Shown here: piece by piece, positions 1 to 7,853 of the stretch
How the letters are laid out: every line of letters begins with the position of its first letter
How positions within the stretch are numbered: position 1 is the stretch's first letter
Assembly: GCA_003144275.1 (NCBI GenBank)
Contig: NJBF01000072.1
Location: 1-10,800, forward strand
DNA from: Candidatus Heimdallarchaeota archaeon B3_Heim
GTDB taxonomy: Archaea > Asgardarchaeota > Heimdallarchaeia > Hodarchaeales > Hodarchaeaceae
Length of the DNA: 10,800 bases
Direction of reading: 5' to 3'
The notes under the pieces: generated by a model
The model's input: the letters and a program-made list of their open reading frames with translations, nothing else
What the model was told of the DNA's origin: nothing
Databases searched by the model: none
Made by a program: the position numbers and the translations under genes

Positions 1-1590
1 TGGAGGAGGAGCTACTAAAGGATCCGCAATAAAGGGACCACTTAAACAATCGGATGGTGTCCAGGTATACGTTAACCCACCTGTAGCCCTTAACTGGGCA
101 GTGTCTCCAAAACAACGGAAAACGGACTGAGATCCTGTCTCGACAACAATAACTGATCCCCTCGATTCTGCATAGTCTGAAAAATATCCGTACTTACAAC
201 CCGTTGTACTTCCTCCTTCAATCAAACCCAGATGAAAGACACTGGCTGAATTGGTGATTTTAACTACCTCATCTTGCGGGACACCCCCCCCGGTAGCATT
301 GACAAATAATTTATTCGCATCTTTCAAACATACAAAACCTGTAGCTCCAACCGGTTCAAACCAGCTTCCGGGGATATCAAAAGTACTTCCATCCTCATAA
401 TGCATCGTAAATGCATTTTTTGCAGGATCGGTTGTCATGATATTCAGGTAAAAACTTTCGTCTGTGGATCGGGTAAAGCTTACTTCCAGTGATCCGGTGC
501 ATCCGTCGATAGTTGGCAAAACAGCACCGCCAAACTCACATCCAAAACCTGATACATGCAATACCATAATAGGCTTATCGCCTTCGATATGAGTGGAATT
601 ATAAAGAAGTTCAAAATCTACCTGTTGACCCGGATTGGCCAGGTTGGCATAGGAAGCTCCGTCAATAAAAACCTCGGTATTAGGTTGCGTTGCCATAATA
701 AACACCCGTTCTCCAGATGGATCACCGTCATTAAGAGGGTTATTGGTCAGATTAATTTTACCCCGCATAACAATGTATTCATATCCCACAATACTGCGGT
801 TATCCGCACGACGTAACGGAACAGTCTGATCACCGACCAGGTCTCTGCAGCCTTTCGGTTCAGCCCATACTGAGTCATCTTTTATAGAAACGGCTATGGG
901 TTTGTTTGACACTATATGAGTGCCGCCTAAATGATCCGCTGCCAATTGGGTGGTTGTCACACAGGAGTATGTTTCTCCCCTGTTTAATGTTATATTAAAG
1001 GGAATTCCTGCCTGTCCCCCAATGATATCGGCTGTGGGAGTTATGGTAACTACGGTATTGTCTTCCGTTGCTACGACATCAATTGATGAATAGGGTTGTA
1101 CCGGGTTATAATTTCCATTCCGCCAGACTTCATTAAAAGGAGTATAGAATTCGTAACCAAGTGCGTTTTTACCCTTTAAGGCAAATATATCCCTGTTGTA
1201 ATATTCGTCTTCATCGTAATATACAGTAATCAGGTTTGTGGATGTAATATGAATCCCTTTGTTCAGGATGATACCCCCGGGAGAATTTTCCAGATCACCT
1301 ATCCATGGTGTTGCATCGATGGATACGGTAGTATTGGCAGGAACATAAAAGGTTGTATCGAAACCGGCAGGTCTTGCTGGTTGGTAAATCCTTACGGTAC
1401 TGGGCAGACCTAAGGCAGAAACCCGGAAATAAACAGGTTCTCCTCCCGGACATGTAGCACCTACGCAGTGACTTACGGTTACTTCAGGAGCTACAAACCA
1501 GAATTCATCATCAGTCTGGGAAAAACCAGTAACGCAGGATAAAAGGAAAATGAAAGAATAGAAAACCTTATTTATTCCTGACATATCCAT
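1..1590 (-). CDS. Secreted IgGFc-binding N-terminal-domain protein (IgGFc_binding/PF17517-like), probably a large T9SS/gliding-CTD surface protein; 3'-partial (continues beyond position 1)
   Basis: Hand translation of the minus strand from ATG 1590 (alternative in-frame ATG 1584; in-frame TAA immediately upstream) is open for 530 codons to the window edge. It begins MDMSGINKVFYSFIFLLSCVTGFS|QTDDEFWFVAPEV (signal peptide, Gln at +1). It contains KGIHITSTNLITVYY, DIFALKGKNALGYEFYTPF, IDVVATEDNTVVTITP, GGTHIVSNKPIAVSIKDDS, DLVGDQTVP, GYEYIV, ERVFIMATQPNTEV and GCEFGGAVLP, typical of Bacteroidota IgGFc-binding proteins. It ends in an Ig/SprB-like start (AQLRATGGLTYTWTP). It is missing from the supplied track, probably because there is no stop in the window. 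Confidence 0.9.
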   Translation of the reverse strand, partial: MDMSGINKVFYSFIFLLSCVTGFSQTDDEFWFVAPEVTVSHCVGATCPGGEPVYFRVSALGLPSTVRIYQPARPAGFDTTFYVPANTTVSIDATPWIGDLENSPGGIILNKGIHITSTNLITVYYDEDEYYNRDIFALKGKNALGYEFYTPFNEVWRNGNYNPVQPYSSIDVVATEDNTVVTITPTADIIGGQAGIPFNITLNRGETYSCVTTTQLAADHLGGTHIVSNKPIAVSIKDDSVWAEPKGCRDLVGDQTVPLRRADNRSIVGYEYIVMRGKINLTNNPLNDGDPSGERVFIMATQPNTEVFIDGASYANLANPGQQVDFELLYNSTHIEGDKPIMVLHVSGFGCEFGGAVLPTIDGCTGSLEVSFTRSTDESFYLNIMTTDPAKNAFTMHYEDGSTFDIPGSWFEPVGATGFVCLKDANKLFVNATGGGVPQDEVVKITNSASVFHLGLIEGGSTTGCKYGYFSDYAESRGSVIVVETGSQSVFRCFGDTAQLRATGGLTYTWTPSDCLSGPFIADPLVAPPP

Positions 1591-1780
1591 TTAGAAAAAA
1601 TTCAAATACAGTATCTTATACGGATTTGTCAGAAAATTGTTTGAAATTTTCAATTCGTTAAATTAAATTATATTTACCATAGAATCATAAACAGAGAAAT
1701 TCTGATAAATAGTGTGCGTGCAGAGAAGAAATGCAACCAAGGTCAATTATATTCGTATATATGGGTAGTATACAAGAATT

Positions 1781-4700
1781 ATGAGAAATATCATAGTATT
1801 AACAGGGGTCATACTCCTTAATTCAGCGTTTATTCAAGCCCAGGATACCATCTTTTTTGAAAATTTCGATGCAAGTCCCGGAGAAAAACCTCCAGATTGG
1901 ACTACAGAACTGGAAGGACCTCCAGCGTCAAAATGGGATTTTGTTAATGGAGGAGGCACAAAGTTCCCTGATACTCCGGGTAGCAGAAGACCTCCCAGCG
2001 CATATAGTGATACTGTAAATGCTTTGTTTTTTTTTGAAAGTCTGGGAAGTGAATCTGAATATCTGATCACACCTCCCATCGATCTGGAATTTGCTGTTAA
2101 AACGGAGCTGAGATTCCGGCATGCACAGAAAGAAGGTGATTTAGGTTTCGGTCTGGCCAATGATGAATTAAGAGTGTACTACAAGACCCATATTGACAGC
2201 CCCTGGGTTGAAACAAGAAAAATTGGGGAATATACCGATGCAGTGGAAGAATGGACAGAACAAACCATATTAATTCCATCTGAAGCATTCAGTCCTACCT
2301 GTTACTTTGGATTCAAGGCAACAACAAAATACGCCTGGGGTGTATGCATTGATGATGTAACTGTTGTTGAAACAGGTGTTTTACAAAGGCATGTAGACTA
2401 CGTTAGCATCTTTCATGAAAATACGTATCCGGTACCAACCGGTTCGAAAAATAATCCCGTATTACGGATTACCATTCGGGTATTAGGTAATACAGGAGAT
2501 GTAACCCTAAATTCACTAACAGTTAAATCCCTGAACTCCTCGGATAATGATATCCCTGCCGAGGGAGTTAAGTTATTTTATCATTATTCTTCCAAAAATT
2601 TTTATGCATCCGTTCCCTGCGATACGATTTCTTTGTCATCCGGGTATGGAACTTTCGAAGACATAAACCTGGCTTTACCTACAGGATATACCTACCTGTG
2701 GGTAACCTGTGATGTAAAATCCGATGCAATACATGGTCATTATATCGATGCAGCGATTGAAACAAATAACATTGATATAAACGGGAGTACCTATCCTGCT
2801 TCCGATGAATCTCCCACCGGAGAAAGAATTATCCGGGAGGCGGTTTTTTTCGATGACTTTACTATCGATCAGGGCTGGACACTTTCCGGTGATTTTCAGC
2901 GCAGCAGACCTCTCGGCCTGGGTGGAAAAGATATAGGAAATCCTGACCCTCAACATGCAGCAGGTGATACCATGATTATCGGAAATGATCTTACAGGCCT
3001 GGGTGCAATTGAAGGAGATTACGAACCAGAAGTAGCCAGGTATGACAATCTGGCAACTTCACCAACGTTTGATTTATTTTATTTTAATGATGTAAAATTA
3101 AGTTTTTTGAGATGGCTTAATGTTGAGAATTCCGATACGGCTTCGATTGAATTAAGTACAGACAATGGCAGCTCATGGGATGAGATCTGGTCAAATTCCA
3201 ACAATGTGATAACAGACAATGCATGGAATCAAATTAGTTTAAATATTCCGGATGCACACAGGAAATCGGAAACAAAAATTAGAATTAATCTGGGGCCCAC
3301 CACCTTATACAATCACTTTTCCGGGTGGAACATTGAAAATTTTGCTGTTACAGGCAATTATATTGAATATGATGTTGGACCGGTTACCCTGCTTGCTCCG
3401 GGTGATGGATGCGGGCACTCATCCGCTGATACGGTTACCATAAAAGTAAAAAATTACGGGCCGGGTTCCACACCCGGTAAAATTCCTGTTAAATATTCTT
3501 TCGATGGAGGCTCATCTTATACAAATGATACCATTAACGGAGCTATTCCTTTCGACAACGAGATTACGTATACCTTTAGTCTAAAAATCGATTTATCCGA
3601 TCCGGGGATTTATAATGTGATCATTGAAACCGCATTGGATGTGGATGAAGAAATAACGAATAATACATTTGATACAGTATTATACGTAGATCCTACTTAT
3701 CCTTTACCTTATTACCAGAATTTTGAGAACGGAGAGGATTTCTGGAGAGCAACCGGAACAAATGCATCCTGGGGATACGGAAGTCCCTCAGGATCTGTAA
3801 TCACAGATGCAGCTTCAGAACCAATGGCCTGGGTGACCAAACTGACAGGAAATTATAATAATGATGAAGATTCATATTTAACGGGTCCCTGCTTTGACCT
3901 GTCAGGTATTGACTATCCTGTTTTTGAATGCAACATATTTACGCATACAGAGAACGATATAGATGGAGCGAATGTGGAATATTCCCTTGATAACGGTACC
4001 ACCTGGGTTCGCTTAGGCGATAAAGATGACGGGGATACATACAATTGGAATTGGTATAATTCCGATGTTATTACAGCATTAACCGGAAATCATGGATGGA
4101 CAGGTGAAGGTCCAGGGTGGAAAACGGCAAGAATATTCTTAGATACAACGATTTTCAGAAACCAACCAGGTGTTAAATTCCGGATTCATTTTTCCAGTAA
4201 TGGATCTGACACATTTGAAGGAATCGGAATTGATGACATCAGAATATACGATGCACCAAGAGACGTTGGAGTTATTTCTATTGATAGTCCGGTTTCAGCG
4301 TGTGCCCAGGATGTAGGAGATCATGTTGTCATAACGATTCAAAACTTTGGGTTGGATACCTTAATGACGGGTGATACGATCATTGTGGGATATGATTTTG
4401 AATCGGATCCAACTGTAATTGACACATTTGAACTCACCAGCCACTTAATAAGAAATGAAACGGTACAATATACATTTAATAAATATTTCACTGTAACATC
4501 TTCTGGTACAAAAAATATAGAAGCCTTTACTTTACTGCCTGATGATATTGATTTTTACAACGAAACCACAACGAATGATACAACATCAACCACGTTCGAG
4601 GTGTGGATTACATCGTTTATATCGTTACCTCCACATATCTATACTGTACGGCCGGATACTGTTATCCTGAATGCTTATACAGGTATCCCCACCGATACCT

Positions 4701-6751
4701 ATTTATGGCAGGATCTTTCTACCACCGATTCTGTGTTTCATGTTGCTGAAAAAGCGGATGGTATCTATCATGTTGTGGTAAGTAATGGAATTTGTGATTT
4801 CCGTGATACAACGTATATCTATTTTCTTATCGCTGATGCAGGAGTAACGGAAATAATCCATCCGGTTTCTGATTGTGAACTTGGCAGTTCGGTATTACCC
4901 CAGGTAAAAATTAAAAATTTTGGTACGGATACGCTGCAAATAAACGATGAAATTACGGTAGGATATAAGGTTGACAGCGATCCGGAAGTAGAAGAAATTT
5001 TTACTTTAACCGACGTGTTGTATCCGGATAGTACGGTGATTTATACCTTTCTTACAGCTGTTGACATGTCTGACATTCAAACGTATTCGATTGCAGCCTA
5101 CACCATATTGACTGATGATGATACAACTTATAATGATACTACTATAACCAATGTTGAAGTTTATGGATATACAGCCATTGACCTTGGTTCAAATGTAGTT
5201 GTCAGAGCTCTTGATTATACGATTGATGCAGGTTCCGGATATGATTCTTATGAATGGCAGGACGAATCAACCAATCAAACTCTTACGGTGGATACTACCG
5301 GTTGGTATACGGTAACGGTGAAGCAGGGTACAAAATGTGAAAATTCGGATTCAGTGCATGTAACAATAATCATCCCGGATATAAAAATTGATAAGTTTTA
5401 TAGTCCAACCAATGCATGCGGACTTTCCACTACGGAGTCCCTTGAGCTGTATGTTAAGAATGTTGGTTCTGACACACTATTTGTAAATGATACCATTGCA
5501 TTCATATACCAGTTAAATGGCGGTTCAACAGTTTACGATACATTGTTTTTGGACAACCAGGTATTGCCCGGGGATTCTGTATTGTTTGCGTTTACCGATA
5601 AGGAAAATATGAATGCAACCGGAAGTTATAGTTTTGTTGTACAGGCAAATTACAATAAGGACCTTATTCCGGCGAATAATACAATAAATCAAACCGTTGA
5701 AGTTTATGGTGATACAACTGTTTCGCTGGGATCAGACGCAGTGAGCGATACAGTAAATTATACACTGGATACAGGTGTTGATTACGATTCATATTTGTGG
5801 CAGGATGGTTCAACGGAAAGGTATTATACGGTGAACTATCATAACCAAACAGCGAACCAAAATTATTCGGTGACGGTTACTGACGAACATGGATGTTTCG
5901 GCTCTGACACAATTCAGGTAACATTTTTCCTTCCGAATATTGGAATCAGTAATATCCTGAATCCTATCTCTAATTGTATTTTGAGTGATCAGGAGCAAAT
6001 CATTGCACATATCCGGAATTTTGGCAGCATAACGGTTGAAAATAAACAAACTCAGATTGGTGTAATGATTGACGGTGGAACTGCTATTATTGAACAAACG
6101 ACTATTTCTCAAAGTCTTGAACCGGACGAGTATATTGTGTATACGTTTGACGGTTTGTTCGATTTTTCAACACAAAAAGTGTACAATGTCAAAGTATTTA
6201 CGGTTTATGGAAATGACGGTGTCGCTACCGATGATACTTTAAATATAAACATCACACATTATAATCATCCATCAGTGAATCTCGGAGGTGTGAATGATAC
6301 AATTATATCATCACTACCTTATACACTGGATGCTGGAGCTGGGTATGAAAATTATGAATGGAATGGTTCTGAAGGAACACAAACGTATAATGTTATTGCG
6401 ATAGGCTGGTATAAAGCAGTTGTAACGGATACCAATGGTTGTACGGGATTGGATTCAGTATATGTAACAAGCCCGGCAAGCATACCTGGTGTTAAAGGCA
6501 TCCAGGGCGAATTAATCATTATTCCGAATCCGGCAAATGAATTTCTATATGTAGAATTTAAGGGATTAAAAACCATGAGTTATATTCTTGAATTGATCAA
6601 TGAAAGAGGCCAGTTGGTCTATATTAAGGAATATAAATTTGTAAACAGACTAAATGAATCATTGGATGTGTCACATCTGACCAGTGGTGTTTACTATTTG
6701 AGGATCAGGACCAATGAGCAGCAGGAAGTACGGAAAATAATTATTCAATAG
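1781..6751 (+). CDS. 1656-aa T9SS type-A sorting-domain surface protein (adhesin-like; jelly-roll, CARDB-like and Ig-like modules)
   Basis: Signal peptide MRNIIVLTGVILLNSAFIQA|Q. Three MAM/cleaved-adhesin-like jelly-roll domains (FFENFD...IDDVTV; FFDDF...WNIENF; YYQNFE...IGIDDIRI). One BNR_assoc_N-like domain (YPVPTGSKNNPVLRITI...YTYLWVTCDVKSDA). Five CARDB-like units (D-V/A-G...P...C...KNxG). Four short Ig units (LG...DAGxGYxxYxW...Y.V.V...C..SD). C-terminal IIPNPANEFLYV...LDVSHLTSGVYYLRI...RKIIIQ matches the Por/T9SS CTD. Confidence 0.93.
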   Translation: MRNIIVLTGVILLNSAFIQAQDTIFFENFDASPGEKPPDWTTELEGPPASKWDFVNGGGTKFPDTPGSRRPPSAYSDTVNALFFFESLGSESEYLITPPIDLEFAVKTELRFRHAQKEGDLGFGLANDELRVYYKTHIDSPWVETRKIGEYTDAVEEWTEQTILIPSEAFSPTCYFGFKATTKYAWGVCIDDVTVVETGVLQRHVDYVSIFHENTYPVPTGSKNNPVLRITIRVLGNTGDVTLNSLTVKSLNSSDNDIPAEGVKLFYHYSSKNFYASVPCDTISLSSGYGTFEDINLALPTGYTYLWVTCDVKSDAIHGHYIDAAIETNNIDINGSTYPASDESPTGERIIREAVFFDDFTIDQGWTLSGDFQRSRPLGLGGKDIGNPDPQHAAGDTMIIGNDLTGLGAIEGDYEPEVARYDNLATSPTFDLFYFNDVKLSFLRWLNVENSDTASIELSTDNGSSWDEIWSNSNNVITDNAWNQISLNIPDAHRKSETKIRINLGPTTLYNHFSGWNIENFAVTGNYIEYDVGPVTLLAPGDGCGHSSADTVTIKVKNYGPGSTPGKIPVKYSFDGGSSYTNDTINGAIPFDNEITYTFSLKIDLSDPGIYNVIIETALDVDEEITNNTFDTVLYVDPTYPLPYYQNFENGEDFWRATGTNASWGYGSPSGSVITDAASEPMAWVTKLTGNYNNDEDSYLTGPCFDLSGIDYPVFECNIFTHTENDIDGANVEYSLDNGTTWVRLGDKDDGDTYNWNWYNSDVITALTGNHGWTGEGPGWKTARIFLDTTIFRNQPGVKFRIHFSSNGSDTFEGIGIDDIRIYDAPRDVGVISIDSPVSACAQDVGDHVVITIQNFGLDTLMTGDTIIVGYDFESDPTVIDTFELTSHLIRNETVQYTFNKYFTVTSSGTKNIEAFTLLPDDIDFYNETTTNDTTSTTFEVWITSFISLPPHIYTVRPDTVILNAYTGIPTDTYLWQDLSTTDSVFHVAEKADGIYHVVVSNGICDFRDTTYIYFLIADAGVTEIIHPVSDCELGSSVLPQVKIKNFGTDTLQINDEITVGYKVDSDPEVEEIFTLTDVLYPDSTVIYTFLTAVDMSDIQTYSIAAYTILTDDDTTYNDTTITNVEVYGYTAIDLGSNVVVRALDYTIDAGSGYDSYEWQDESTNQTLTVDTTGWYTVTVKQGTKCENSDSVHVTIIIPDIKIDKFYSPTNACGLSTTESLELYVKNVGSDTLFVNDTIAFIYQLNGGSTVYDTLFLDNQVLPGDSVLFAFTDKENMNATGSYSFVVQANYNKDLIPANNTINQTVEVYGDTTVSLGSDAVSDTVNYTLDTGVDYDSYLWQDGSTERYYTVNYHNQTANQNYSVTVTDEHGCFGSDTIQVTFFLPNIGISNILNPISNCILSDQEQIIAHIRNFGSITVENKQTQIGVMIDGGTAIIEQTTISQSLEPDEYIVYTFDGLFDFSTQKVYNVKVFTVYGNDGVATDDTLNINITHYNHPSVNLGGVNDTIISSLPYTLDAGAGYENYEWNGSEGTQTYNVIAIGWYKAVVTDTNGCTGLDSVYVTSPASIPGVKGIQGELIIIPNPANEFLYVEFKGLKTMSYILELINERGQLVYIKEYKFVNRLNESLDVSHLTSGVYYLRIRTNEQQEVRKIIIQ
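4262..6470 (+). repeat. Four tandem intragenic protein repeats (CARDB-like + Ig-like), about 181-191 aa each
   Basis: Unit starts at 4262 (DVGVISIDSPVSAC), 4835 (DAGVTEIIHPVSDC), 5378 (DIKIDKFYSPTNAC) and 5936 (NIGISNILNPISNC), giving periods of 573, 543 and 558 nt. Each unit has xxNxG, N/D-D/N-T and a YxW motif (YLWQD, YEWQD, YLWQD, YEWNG). DNA-level identity is low, so the repeats are old. Confidence 0.85.
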
Positions 6752-6768
6752 ACTTTTTAAACAAATGG

Positions 6769-7178
6769 CTAACAAAAACTTATGTTGATGCTCTATTAGA
6801 TAAAATTTCTGAATTGGAGGCACTTACAACAACGTTTAAAGACTAAGACGGTCGAAATGTTTGTCCTGACAGCTGGCATGTGCCCAGTGATGATGAGTGG
6901 AAAGAACTTGAAATGTATCTCGGGATGACACAAGCACAAGTCGATGCAACAGATTGGCGTGGTACAAATGAAGGTGGAAAAATGAAAGAAACCGGCACAA
7001 CACATTGGCCCAGTCCAAATACAGGAGCAACGAACGAAAGTGGTTTTTCGGCCTTGCCAGGCGGCTACCGTAACTACACTGGCTTCTTCGGCAGCATTTT
7101 ATAACCTTCGGTATGTGGTGGTCGGCTGCCGAGTACGGTAGTCTCGAGGCATGGGACCGCAGACTGGATACTGACAAT
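6769..7178 (+). pseudogene. FISUMP / Fib_succ_major (TIGR02145/PF09603-like) domain gene remnant
   Basis: Frame +1 reads LTKTYVDALLDKISELEALTTTFKD*DGRNVCPDSWHVPSDDEWKELEMYLGM...RGTNEGGKMKETGTTHWPSPNTGATNESGFSALPGGYRNYTGFFGSIL*, with a stop at 6844-6846. It resumes in frame +3 at 7107 as FGMWWSAAEYGSLEAWDRRLDTDN. CPxxWHVPSxxEW, GFSALPGGYR and GxWWS...AWxR are hallmark FISUMP motifs. There is no start codon or N-terminus and no terminal GxSVRC motif. Confidence 0.9.
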
Positions 7179-7340
7179 ATCCTCGAATTAGTAATAGAAT
7201 TTATAATAATATTTATTGTCAGGGAATATCAAAAAGTCTTCCCTATGATCGAATAATTAAAACAGGAAATTGAAAAACTGAAAAACAGATAATCGTAGAT
7301 ATAGGTTATTTATAAAGCAATTCATACTTTAGCAATAAAT

Positions 7341-7676
7341 TCAGAGAGCTTCTTTAAACATTACCGTTGGATGAATTCCTCCCATTATCACATTTATTCC
7401 CCGTTTCCTGAATTCATCTGCTATCTCATACCCTCTTTTTGCAGTATGCGTAACTGCAGTGATACCAACAAGATCTGCCTTTTCATCGAAATTCACCGTA
7501 TCCCTGGGTTCTTGTATAATTTTTATCTCCCAATCAGGCGGCGTTAAACCTGCAAGCACTCCAAGAGCTAAAGGTGGAACATCAAAATATTCTTTACGAG
7601 CACTGTTCTCAAGAATTTGGAATTTTTTCTTTTGAGTTACCAGTTGGCTGGTAGGCTCAATTAGAAGAAGTTTCAT
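7341..7676 (-). pseudogene. Truncated B12-binding-domain radical SAM protein (cobalamin-binding domain only)
   Basis: MKLLLIEP...PPLALGVLAGLTPPDWEIKII...DLVGITAVTHTAKRGYEIADEFRKRGINVIMGGIHPT is the classic N-terminal cobalamin-binding domain of class B radical SAM enzymes. TGA follows EAL, there is no CxxxCxxC domain, and I found no convincing continuation in any downstream frame. ATG 7676 (poly-A upstream) is preferred over GTG 7688. Confidence 0.82.
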
Positions 7677-7853
7677 TTTTTTTCTCACTTAAATAAATGG
7701 TTTTTCCGAAGTCTCTGTAATAATACTTCATGGACCTTATTACATTTTCATAATTTATTGTCGAGTTTAAACGAAGCTATTAGTTTTAATAACAAATCAT
7801 AAGTTCCTTTGTTCTTGAGAAGTTGAGATGCGATTGATACTACAAAAATTTAA

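Noticed and set aside
556-816. 86-aa + strand ORF
   Set aside because: Antisense shadow of the IgGFc-binding gene, which has recognisable motifs on the minus strand.
1591-1780. Bacteroidota sigma-70 promoter (TTTG...TAnnTTTG)
   Set aside because: The best candidate, TATATTTA at 1669-1676, is mismatched, and its TTTG at 1640-1643 is 25 nt away, outside the usual 19-21 nt spacing. Not supportable.
1834-6576. Short ORFs 1834-2160, 1928-2122, 2097-2288, 2675-2956, 3252-3443, 5810-6112 and 6352-6576
   Set aside because: All are nested in the 1656-aa gene (antisense or alternate frame) and have no recognisable motifs.
6796-7177. Minus-strand ORFs 6796-7005 and 6836-7177
   Set aside because: Antisense to the FISUMP remnant. 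The + ORF 6880-7104 is only the middle fragment of that pseudogene, not a gene.
6769-7340. A complete diversity-generating retroelement
   Set aside because: No reverse transcriptase, Avd or template repeat in the window. Only a possible former target is visible.
7689-7853. Possible gene remnant between SDR and radical SAM (minus frames ...LLKLIASFKLDNKL*KCNKVHEVLLQRLRKNHLFK* and MKYYYRDFGKTIYLSEKKNETSSN*)
   Set aside because: No recognisable homology by eye, and too short to call without a tBLASTx search.
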